Positions 43,301 through 64,000 of a stretch of DNA of 64,000 nt are shown here, piece by piece. Each line of letters opens with the position of its first letter. The first letter of the stretch is position 1. This DNA comes from Phaeosaccion multiseriatum. Taxonomy: Eukaryota; Protista; Ochrophyta, other classes. The notes under the pieces were generated by a model that was not told the DNA's origin, ran no database searches, and saw nothing but the letters and a program-made list of their open reading frames with translations. A program made the translations under genes and the position numbers. Location: assembly GCA_965112735.1 (NCBI GenBank), contig OZ218962.1, positions 744,001 to 808,000 of the forward strand. Reading direction: 5' to 3'.

Positions 43301-45711
43301 TTGTGCAGGCCTTGGCCTATGCAATGCGCAAGAGCGGGGCTCGCTTCCTGCTGGGGGAGACAGTGCAGTCGGTTGAGAGGCAGAGCGGCACCAACAAGGT
43401 CGTTGCGGTGCTGAGCACGGGCAAGAGGGTCGTGGGGGATGCACTACTCTACACCATGGGCCGGCAAGGTAGGGGAGGGGAGGGTATGGGGTAGAAGGGA
43501 GAGGGAGAGGTGGCCTTGAGCCTTGAGGAGGGACTCTTCCTTTCTCTTTCCTTCTCTCTCTCTCCCGCTGCTACTGCTACTGCTGTTGGTGATGCTCGTG
43601 CATTCCCCCACACGTATAAGTTCTGCTTTGGTGGTAGTCTGTCTCTGAACTGAACTCCTCTGCTCTCCTCTGATCTCCTCTCTCCTCCACTCCACTCCCC
43701 TCCACTCCCCTCCCCTCCCCTCCCCTCCCCTCCCCTCCCCTCCCCTCCCCTCCCCTCCCCTCCCCTCCCCTCCCCTCCCCTCCCCTCCCCTCCCCTCCCC
43801 TCCCATCCCCTCCCTCCCCTCCCCTCCCCTCCCCTCCCCTCCCCTCCCCTCCCCTCCCCTCCCCTCCCCTCCCTCTTCTTCCCTCCTCTCCTCTTCTTCC
43901 CTCCTCTCCTCTCCTCTCCTCTCCTCTCCCTCAGGCAACTCGGACAGCGTCGGGCTGGAGAGTGTGGGGATTGAAGTAGACAAGAGGGGCCTCATTCAGG
44001 TCAGTCAGTAAGTCAACTGGGCTCTTCTCTCCTCTCGATGGCAGCTCATGGCGGCACTGAGCGTTACACTCACTGTACCGCGCTGTGCATCTCTCCTTGC
44101 CTTGCCTGGTCCTGATCATGTCCTCCCCCTGCCCTGCCACGCTCAGGTCAACGACTACTACCAGGCAGCGGAAGATGTCTACGGTGAGAGGAATCTATAC
44201 CGCACCAAGACGGACCCGTCAATAGTCTGTCCGTGTACATATCTCTCTCTCTCTATCCGTCTCTCTCTCTGTCTATCTGTTTCTCCCAAACCCGTCCTCA
44301 TTCTTGTCTTAACCCCCCAACCCCCCCCCCACACCCTCCCACCCTCTATACTCCCCCACAACTAACCTTTCCTCCCTCCTCCCTCCCTCCCTCCCTCCCT
44401 CCCTTCCGTGCGTTGGCGGCTCTCGCTGCCACCGCCCCTGCCCTGATACCATCTGCTGCCATCCTTCTCTCCCCAGCGGTGAGTGCCTGAAGCATACCAT
44501 ACTCCATTGATTTCTCACGCTTTTTCGCATGCACTTCCTCGTAAAGCCGCCGACTACACTCCCCTCTGCACGAATTGTCCCTCCCTCCCTCCCTCCCTCC
44601 CTCCTCACTCCCTCCCTCCCTCCCTTCCTCCCTCCCTCTCTCCCTCCCTCCCTCCCTCCCTCCCTCCCTCCCTCCCTCCCTCCCTCCCTCCCTCCATCCC
44701 TCACTCACTCACTCACTCACTCCCTTTCTCACCCCCTTCCTTCCCTCAGTGCGGCGACATCATCGGCTACCCTGCCCTTGCATCCACCTCTACAGAGCAA
44801 GGTCGCCGTGCCGCTCTCCACATGTGGCGAGGGGCCTCTGCCGTTACACTGGACGACGACATGCTGGATTACAGCAGCCGCAGCGGCTCCGACCAAGGGG
44901 GAGGGCAGGACGGGGGCATGGTGGCAGTGGGTGGCGGGGAGGACCAGGAGCGCCACACGCAGGTCAAGACAGTCGATCACGAAACATGGTTGGGCAGAGA
45001 CTCCGAGCAGCTCTTCCCATACGGTATTTACACGGTGCCAGAGATTAGCATGGTTGGCAAGACAGAGGCTCAACTTACGGCGGAGGGAGTCAATTACGAG
45101 GTCGGGGTCGCCAACTTCGAGGAGCTGGCCAAGGGACAGGTATGGGTGTTGGTGATACAGGGGTGGGTGGGTGGGTGGGAACGTAAAAGTGGGTGGGTGG
45201 ATGGGCGGGTGGGTCTGTAGAGGCGTGTGTGTGAACGGAAGGTTATCGGCGGAGGAAGGGGTCCACTTCTGCGCTGCTGTCTCGCCCACGTCCCCAGGGT
45301 CTCTTTTCTCTTGTGCGAGACTTGTCCATCCACTGCCATCCGTCCACTGCCATCCGTCCACTCCCATCCGTCCACTGCCATCCGCCCACTGCCATCCGCG
45401 CCTCGCTTGGATCGATTGGCCGCTCTCCACTTGCCTTGTCTTGCCTTGCCTGGCCCTACTCGTGCGCTCCTCACCTCCCTCTCTCTCCTCCCTCCTCCCC
45501 CCCTTTCCCCTCCCTTCCTTGCCTCCCCTCCCTCCCCCGCGCGGTGGCCTGTTACAAATGGCGTACCGTATCAGATGCTTGGAGGGGCGGATGGCTTCCT
45601 CAAGATCATCTTCCATGCCGAAACGCTTAAGCTCTTGGGCGTACACTGCTTCGGTGACGGGGCCACAGAGATCATACACATCGGACAGGTGCGTGTGTGT
45701 GTGTGTGTGTG

Positions 45712-45766
<55 letters not shown>

Positions 45767-46323
45767 GTGTGTGCGTGTGTGTGTCGGTGTGTCGGTGTGT
45801 GTATGTATGTGTGTGAGAATGTGTGTCGCGCTCTCATTCTTCTCTCTCGCCCTCTCTCTCGTCTCGCTCTATGGTCTCCCTCTCGCTTGACTCTCTCCCG
45901 CTTTTCTCTTCTCTTCTGTCTCTCTTGACTCCATCTCTCCCTCTCTCTATCTTCCTCTCTTTCTCTCTCTCTCTTTCTCTTTCTCTCTCTCTCTCTCTCT
46001 CACATACAGGTCCTCATGAGTCAGGGCGGTACGATCAAATACTTTGAGTCAAGTGTTTTCAACTACCCCACCCGCGCCGGTAAGTCCATAATCCCTTCCC
46101 ATATTCTGTCTGTCTGTCTGTCTGTCTGTCGCCCAGTTTGCTCTCTCCATTCCCCGCTCCGTACCCCACTCTCTGACTCGCTGTTCTCCTCCCCCTCCCC
46201 CTCCTCCTCCTCCTCCTCCTCCTCCTCCTCCTCCTCCTCCTCCTCCTCCTCCTCCTCCTCCTCCTCCTCCTCCTCCTCCTCCTCCCCCTCCTCCTCCTCC
46301 TCCTCCTCCTCCTCCTCCTCCTC

Positions 46324-46354
<31 letters not shown>

Positions 46355-46540
46355 TCCTCCTCCTCCCCCTCCTCCTCCTCCTCCCCCTCCTCCTCCTCCC
46401 CCTCCTCCTCGTCCTCCTCCCTCTGCCGTGGACGCATGTCTCCCCCCCCTCCCCCCCGGGTCCTCACAGAGGCGTACAACGTCGCTGCCCATGACGGCCT
46501 TCGAAAAGTCGGCAGGGCAGGTGTGGACATAGTGCCTTAA
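40341..46540 (+). CDS. sthA: Soluble pyridine nucleotide transhydrogenase (SthA/UdhA-type flavoprotein) with N-terminal extension, 14 exons
   Basis: GSGPAA FAD motif; [13 protein letters not shown] (CxxxxT rather than the CxxxxC of DLD/GR); [11 protein letters not shown]; [11 protein letters not shown]; [12 protein letters not shown]; EIIHIGQ; FNYPTRAEAY (YPT rather than HPT). Exons 40341-40805, 41026-41227, 41527-41664, 41904-42165, 42689-42765, 42965-43011, 43297-43468, 43935-43999, 44147-44183, 44477-44478, 44750-45139, 45575-45688, 46010-46079, 46470-46540. Confidence 0.93.
44477..44478 (+). other. Predicted 2-nt microexon (CG) of sthA
   Basis: ccttctctccccAG|CG|GTGAGT joins a phase-1 donor (44183) to a phase-0 acceptor (44750) and restores VYACGD. 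Confidence 0.8.
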
Positions 46541-47039
46541 GTCAACGAACTCGCATTAGGCCCAAGCGCTGGCGACAACTCCCAAGCTCATGAGCGTGTC
46601 ACGCCAAGCTCATTCAGCCGAAGAACCAAACCAAATACCTCGTAGCACATCTTTTGCATTTTTGTAAAACAGCAGGAAACGTCTGAAACTGTCTCCGCCC
46701 CGGGGCGTCCCTGACCACAGGCAAAGTGTGTGCGTGGTGCGTGGGCCCCGCCCGCCCTGTCCACACCCGGCCGGCCGCCACACCGGCTCACCAGCCAGCC
46801 AGCTCCTCCAGCACTTGACTTGCAAGAGGGGCCGCTGCCTCGGCCTCCGCCTCGGTAGAAGAGGCGCCTCCTTCTGTCTGGCTAATATGCGCCGAACATC
46901 ATCAGGTATCAGACCTCGCGCCGGCCATAATCAATAATCAGGCCTGCTGGAGCGGGCCAGAATCAGCAATCAGGCCTGGCTCGGCCGTAATCAGTAATCA
47001 GAAAATCAAGCCAGGACGAGGCCTATACCGAGGGGGTGG

Positions 47040-47446
47040 TCTCCGAGTCGAAAGGTGCCAGTCCTGACGCCAAGTCCAGGCCCGCCGGAGCTCGCTCTCT
47101 CTCCACCTGGTGAGGCTCCCTGTGACACACTGGCTTACCACTGCCCCAGCGGATGCTCTTGGCTGAGGTTGATGTCCGAGAACTTTCTCCAAACTCGCTT
47201 GGGGCAGCATTCGACAGATGGCGAAGGCAGTCGCAGCGATGTGCCCTCCGGTATAGCTAAGCCAAAGAAGGCGTGGGCAGCGAGCATGTCCGGAAGTGGC
47301 GAATGATGGCAACCGCGTACACCTTCTCCCCCACCGTCCAGGCCCACGCTCGCTCCTTGCTTCCCGTAGGCCCTCAACCCTGTCCTGCTCTCTGTCAGTC
47401 TCAGTAGAGCTGGCTGCACTTTTCCTCCTCCTGCGGTATCCTAACT

Positions 47447-47482
<36 letters not shown>

Positions 47483-47520
47483 TCCTCGCTTCAGCTTTTT
47501 TTCGTTGCTGGCCCTTCTCC
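47040..47520 (-). pseudogene. Decayed partial paralog of the adjacent Myb-like repeat
   Basis: WAWTVGEKVYAVAIIRHFRTCSLPTP followed by a stop/frameshift, then PEGTSL...CCPKRVWRKF in another frame; preceded by a poly-Q tract as in the intact gene. Confidence 0.8.
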
Positions 47521-47862
47521 AGCGCTTAGCTACAGGTCGGTGAGGAGCATGTAAGGAAAAGGAAGTGTAAGTGTTTAGTCCCATCTCAGGCAGGGACACG
47601 TGGTTTTGGGATGGGCCTCCTTTATCCTACCTACTTTGCTCCTTCTCGACTGCCTCTCTCGAGCGAGTCTCCTTTCATTCTTTCATAGTATACAGTTGAT
47701 TCTCACCAAGCCAGTGATGCTACGGCCTACAGCAAGGCTTGCTTGTAGGCTAATACCTGCTACACCACCATACTTGTACGCTCTAGAGATGTTTCTCGCT
47801 TCCTGCTCCCCAGCTGTTTGAAAAGGGCTTGCTTCTCGAAAGGCGGCGGGCGCCAGACCCAG

Positions 47863-50103
47863 CTAGGCGAAAGTCTTCGCCCGTACGAGGCGTATCTCTC
47901 TCCGCGCCTTCCTCCCCTCCTTCTTCTTCTCTCTCACCACCACCACGCGCCTCGCCAGCGCTGCCCACTCCCTCGGGAGAGTCTCGCTCAGCTCCTCGAA
48001 GGCGTCGTACGCCTCCAGATAGGCCTTCAAGAAGCGTCTGACCGCTGCAGCATCGCCAGGGCTAGGCGTCCGTCCTCGTAGGTACTCAGCGCTCACAGCG
48101 TATAGGGGGAGAAGCCGGACTTTCTTGGAGCATGCCGTCACGACCACGCCTCTCGAAGTCGCGCCCACGGTGCTCTCCTGCCGCGCTGCGTCGGAGTCAG
48201 CCGCCGGGAAGTTGTCGTCAATCATCTTCCAGCGCTCGTTGGGCAGCTCCACCTCGTCCCCGATGCTCAGCGTGCCCCCGTCCACACCAGCTCCTCCCGC
48301 TCTGTCAAGAGGGGCCGCTGCCTCGGTCTTCTCCTCGCTCTCGGTGCTCTGCTCGACTGACACCTCTCTCCTCAGAGGCGCCTTCCTCACCCTGGCCTGA
48401 TCTCTCGCCCCCTCCCTGCTATCCTTCGGTAGCCCTGTCCCTTCTTGTTGAGGGTGTTGTCCACCCTCTGTATCCCCGTCAGACTCAACGCTGCCAACAG
48501 CGTCCGGTCCAACCCCCTGCGGGGGGCAGGGCGACGCACACCATGATGTGAAGGGCACGGTCTCCAAGTCAGCGGATGACAGTCCTGCTCTGAACCTCAT
48601 CTCCAACTTCAGGAGCTCTCTCTCTGCCTTGTCGCGATCAACCCCCGAGAGAAAACTGTGACACGCCGGCGTAGTACGGCCCCAGCTGATGAGATTACCC
48701 CTGAACTTCGATCGAACTCGCCCGAGGCTGCATGCTAGCTTCTCAGAGACGAAACCACCCAGAGATGTGCTCTCCGGTAACGGCATGGGCAAGGAGCCCA
48801 TATTGAAGTGGTGAATGAGAGCAGCCGCGTACTCCTCCTCCTCCGCCGTCCATGCTCCTTTCCGTGCCACGCAAGGCTTGTTCATTCCAGTGTTAGTCAC
48901 AGGAGCGGAGCTCTCAGGCTTCGCACCCCCCTCCGCCGCCTCCTCCTGCTCCTCCTCCTCTTCCTGCTCCTCCTCCTCCTCATCATCCTGTTGCTGCTGC
49001 TGGTGGTGGTGCTGCTCTTGACCTCGGCTCTTGGCGCGCGGAGGGAGAGGCGACACATCCCATGATGCGAAGGGAACGGTCTCCGATTCGACCGATGTGA
49101 ACCACGCTCGGAACCTCGTCTCCAGCTCCCGGAGCTCCTTCGCCGCCTTGTGGCGCTCCAGCACCCCCACCGGGCAGTGGGGACTGGAGTTAGGCCTGTG
49201 ACAAGCTGACTTCCGGATCCGGACGATCCGCCTGACACTGTCGAACTTATCATAGACTCGCTGAGGGTTGCATGCCAACTTCTCAGCGATAAAGGTACAT
49301 AGAGACGTGCCCTTGGGTAGCGGCGTGGGCAATGAGCCCGCCCTGAAGTGGTGGATGATGGCAGCTGCGTACCCTTTCTCCCCCGCCGTCCACGCTCCTT
49401 CCCGTCGGCAGTCAGGCTTGTTGTCCTGCTCACTGTTCGTCGCGGTAGCGGCGCTCTGACGCTTGGCGTGACGGTTGGCTCTCTCCTTCTTCTGCTGTAT
49501 CACCAACTGCTGCTGCCGCCGCCGCTGCTGCTGCTGCTCCTGCTGCTGCTCCTGCTGCTGCTCCTGCGCCTTCTGCTCCTGCTGCTGCTGCTGCGGCGGA
49601 CCTAGTCGGCCCTTGGTCCGCCGAGGACGAAGGGACACTCTCCTTGCTGCGAAGAAGCCGGTCTCCGAGTCGACAGGCGCCAATCCTGATGTCGAGTCCA
49701 GGTCTGCTGTGAGCCCCGCCTCCAGCTCCCGGAGCTCGCTCTCCACCTTGTTGCGCTCCTCCTCGGCTGTCTTCTCGACTTGCCTGATCTCCGGGAACTT
49801 TTCGTAAACTCGCTTGGGGCTGCATGCCAGCTTCTCAGCGAGGAAACCCACCAGAGACGTGCCCTCCGGTAATGGCATGGGCAAGGAGCCCGTCCTGAAG
49901 TGGCGAATGATAGCAGCTGCGTACTCCTCCTCCCGTGCCGTCCATGATAGTCCTTTGCGTGCACCGCCGCGAGTCTTATCCGTTCCACAGCGGTCAGTCG
50001 CGGAAGATTCACTGGCCGAACACCCTCTTCCTTTCCTTTTGCAGTGAGCCAGGCTGGCATCGGGATTGGATCTCGGTCTCTTTCTTTGCGTGGTGGGACG
50101 CAT
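47863..50103 (-). CDS. Intronless protein with three stramenopile-type Myb/SANT-like repeats (putative transcription factor)
   Basis: Three copies of GxWTxxExxYAAAxIxHFxxGSLPxPLPxxTSLxxFxxEKLACxxxRVxxKF, resembling the RxGKWTxEEExY...LxCxPMRIxKKF domain of diatom and oomycete proteins; likely ATG at 50103. Confidence 0.8.
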   Translation of the reverse strand: MRPTTQRKRPRSNPDASLAHCKRKGRGCSASESSATDRCGTDKTRGGARKGLSWTAREEEYAAAIIRHFRTGSLPMPLPEGTSLVGFLAEKLACSPKRVYEKFPEIRQVEKTAEEERNKVESELRELEAGLTADLDSTSGLAPVDSETGFFAARRVSLRPRRTKGRLGPPQQQQQEQKAQEQQQEQQQEQQQQRRRQQQLVIQQKKERANRHAKRQSAATATNSEQDNKPDCRREGAWTAGEKGYAAAIIHHFRAGSLPTPLPKGTSLCTFIAEKLACNPQRVYDKFDSVRRIVRIRKSACHRPNSSPHCPVGVLERHKAAKELRELETRFRAWFTSVESETVPFASWDVSPLPPRAKSRGQEQHHHQQQQQDDEEEEEQEEEEEQEEAAEGGAKPESSAPVTNTGMNKPCVARKGAWTAEEEEYAAALIHHFNMGSLPMPLPESTSLGGFVSEKLACSLGRVRSKFRGNLISWGRTTPACHSFLSGVDRDKAERELLKLEMRFRAGLSSADLETVPFTSWCASPCPPQGVGPDAVGSVESDGDTEGGQHPQQEGTGLPKDSREGARDQARVRKAPLRREVSVEQSTESEEKTEAAAPLDRAGGAGVDGGTLSIGDEVELPNERWKMIDDNFPAADSDAARQESTVGATSRGVVVTACSKKVRLLPLYAVSAEYLRGRTPSPGDAAAVRRFLKAYLEAYDAFEELSETLPREWAALARRVVVVREKKKEGRKARREIRLVRAKTFA

Positions 50104-51528
50104 GTTGACTATCGCACAAAGAGAGTGTTGTTGTGTGGGGAGAGAGAAGTATGGCCGGCCGAGTCGAGGCCGGCAACAATCACTGTAGCTACCAGCGGCT
50201 TTCTCCCCCCCTACCAAAATCCTGATGTTTCGAACCAGCGAGCGCTCTCCTCTCTCTCTCCCCCCGGCTCTCTCCCTTTTCTTTATTTCCGCTCTGCGAG
50301 CTGTTTTATCCTCACCCCCTAACTTTTTTTGTTTTTTGTTTTTTTTGTTTATTTTTTTTTGACTGGCTGCAAAAGTAAAAACCTGGATGGGCGGACACAA
50401 CCGCTTAGGGGACAGCGCCTCCCCCTCCCCCCCCCCCCCCCCCCCTTTTTCTTCTTTAGCCACTACTGGCGCCGCACTTGCCTCCCTGTGTGGGCCCTGC
50501 CTCTTGCGAACACATTGCCACCTTTAGAAGCCGGAAGTAATTTACCTCCTGGGGCGCTTCAGCGCTCTGCCCGCTTGAGACTTGGCACCTGAGACTAGTG
50601 CGACGTCGTCGTTCTCCTCTTGCCCTCTATCTCCTTCGTCTGATTGTTTGGCCTCTCCTTCGTCCACCGGTACGCCTGTTCCCTCCTCCTCCTGCATCGC
50701 CTCCAGCGCCGACCGACTGTCTTCGCCTCCCTCTTTGCTCATGACCCTCTCGGCCCATCGTCCACTCGCAGCCGTCATCTTGTCCGGCCATTGCAATGGG
50801 GGCAACGCTGTAGCCGGAACAGCAGCGGCAGCATCGAGCAGCAGAGGCCATGAGCAAGCAGGAGAGGTTGAAATCTGGGGAAATATTACTTTTAGTACCT
50901 TACGTAAGTACATCACGTAAGGATTGGTTGTCTGTCCGCTGGGGAAATGCCCCCCCCCTCCCCCCCCCCCCCCTTTTTTTCACCTATGGATGGTGAAAGT
51001 GACTTTCTGCTCATCGTCCAGAGTAGCCATAGGCAAGGGAGGCACAATAAAGCCATCAGAACCTCAAACAACCTGTATCCTGCTCCTTCAGAGTTAGCAG
51101 CAAAACCGATTAGCTGTCCATTCACCCAAGTATTACTCTTATAAGAAGAAAAGAAATTCCCCCCCCCCCTCCCCACTCCCCCGCCACCCTGGGTAGCTAC
51201 GATAGCCTCCACCCAACCGTACCCCTTCCTCCCTGCCTGTCGCTTGTCCGTCCACCGACGGCGGCCCACACCAATGGCTGGCTGGCCAAAGAAAGGCCCC
51301 GCCAGACGGTTGTCCATCGTTAGGCTGCCCCGGCCCCCTCGCTCCTTCTCGCTCTGTTTCGCCTTCCACCGTTATCTGCGCTCACTCCGAAGACGGCGCC
51401 GCCTGCTGCTCCGGCTTCCAGGCGCTCCCCATCCTGACCACAAAGTCCGTTACCCAGCCAGGGCCCCTCCACGAGGTAGTTAGCCCTCGTCATTGGAGGA
51501 GGACAGGATGAGTTCCCCCTCCCACGAC

Positions 51529-63194
<11,666 letters not shown>

Positions 63195-64000
63195 GGTGAG
63201 CCTGCGGCCACGGATGACCCCCTGCCCACCACTCCACCGAGGCTGTCCCTTGGTGAGCATGGCTGATGGTAGCGATGGCTGATTGCTCAATTCCTGGGAG
63301 ACTCCGATCTGACACGCTCTCCACAGCCAGACGCCCGCTGCGACCAAAGGAAGCAGGAAAGAGGCAGGCACAAGACAAGTTATTACTGGGGGTATGAGGG
63401 GCATTGTTGTGCCCAGGCCAAGCAAGGGAGAACTCAAATCCCCTCCCTTCCCCGCCCCTGGCTGGCTAGCTACTACTGCCTGCGCACGCTCTTCTTGGAC
63501 AAGTGCCAAGCCTACTACGGGGCAAAAGAAGGGTAGAGGTTTGCTCCCCTCTTGCTTTTCGCCTCATCACTCCTACCCCCTCGCTCAGGCTCTCAAACTG
63601 TCTCACTGTCCTCGCCTTGCGTCTGCTGCTGCTGATGGAGCAGCCAAGTCAACAACTTTCTTGAAAAGGCAGTCCTCCCAGCTCCTGCTCTAGTACCGTC
63701 CGCAAGTGAAGAATCGCTGCCTGCGCCGCGTCTGCACAAATGGGAGGCAAACAAGGACGGCCCACCCAATCAGCGAGGAGGCACAGCCAGAGGAGGGGAG
63801 CAGAGCAGGAGGCAGTCAAGGAGAGAGAGAGGCAGCAGGGTTGGTGGTGTGTCCCGGCTGGCTGCGCCTGGTTGGTTGTGGGCTGAGCACTTCCCAAATC
63901 AAAAACTGTGCTGATTCTTCCCCTCATCTCCTCCCTTCGCTATCCTCGATCGTGTGTAGCATATATGGGTACTGCTGCTGCGGCTTCACGAAAATCTTCC

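Noticed and set aside
40341-46540. Dihydrolipoamide dehydrogenase, or bacterial contamination
   Set aside because: Lacks the CxxxxC disulfide and HPT motif; contains 13 canonical spliceosomal introns.
50321-50362. Retroelement poly(A) tail
   Set aside because: The A-rich tract lies upstream of the intronless gene rather than at its 3' end, and no target-site duplication or RT sequence was found.

Overview
Eukaryotic, GC-rich, intron- and microsatellite-rich nuclear DNA, probably from a stramenopile (inferred from a diatom/oomycete-type Myb-like domain). The six-frame ORF track is mostly misleading; genes have to be rebuilt across GT-AG introns. Eleven genes can be supported: F-box+SPRY protein, ARM/HEAT-like protein, coiled-coil protein, myristoylated EF-hand-like protein, GDPD-family membrane protein, BART-domain protein, a low-complexity protein, an RS-rich five-bromodomain protein, a 14-exon bacterial-type soluble transhydrogenase (SthA) with a mitochondrial-type presequence, an intronless triple-Myb-like protein with an adjacent decayed copy, and a large secreted lectin/EGF/TSP3 mosaic protein. 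Main observations: (1) the ~302-bp tandem repeat at 54.4-57.8 kb is an array of twelve 57-nt phase-0 exon cassettes, each encoding one 19-aa Cys-containing repeat that varies at alternating positions, a candidate exon-shuffling recognition-receptor system; (2) the reading frames require tiny microexons (2, 4, 10, 11 and 15 nt); (3) the 15-mer CTGTATCACCAACTG recurs inside unrelated coding sequences in different frames and strands. All gene models were read by eye and are unverified by transcripts.
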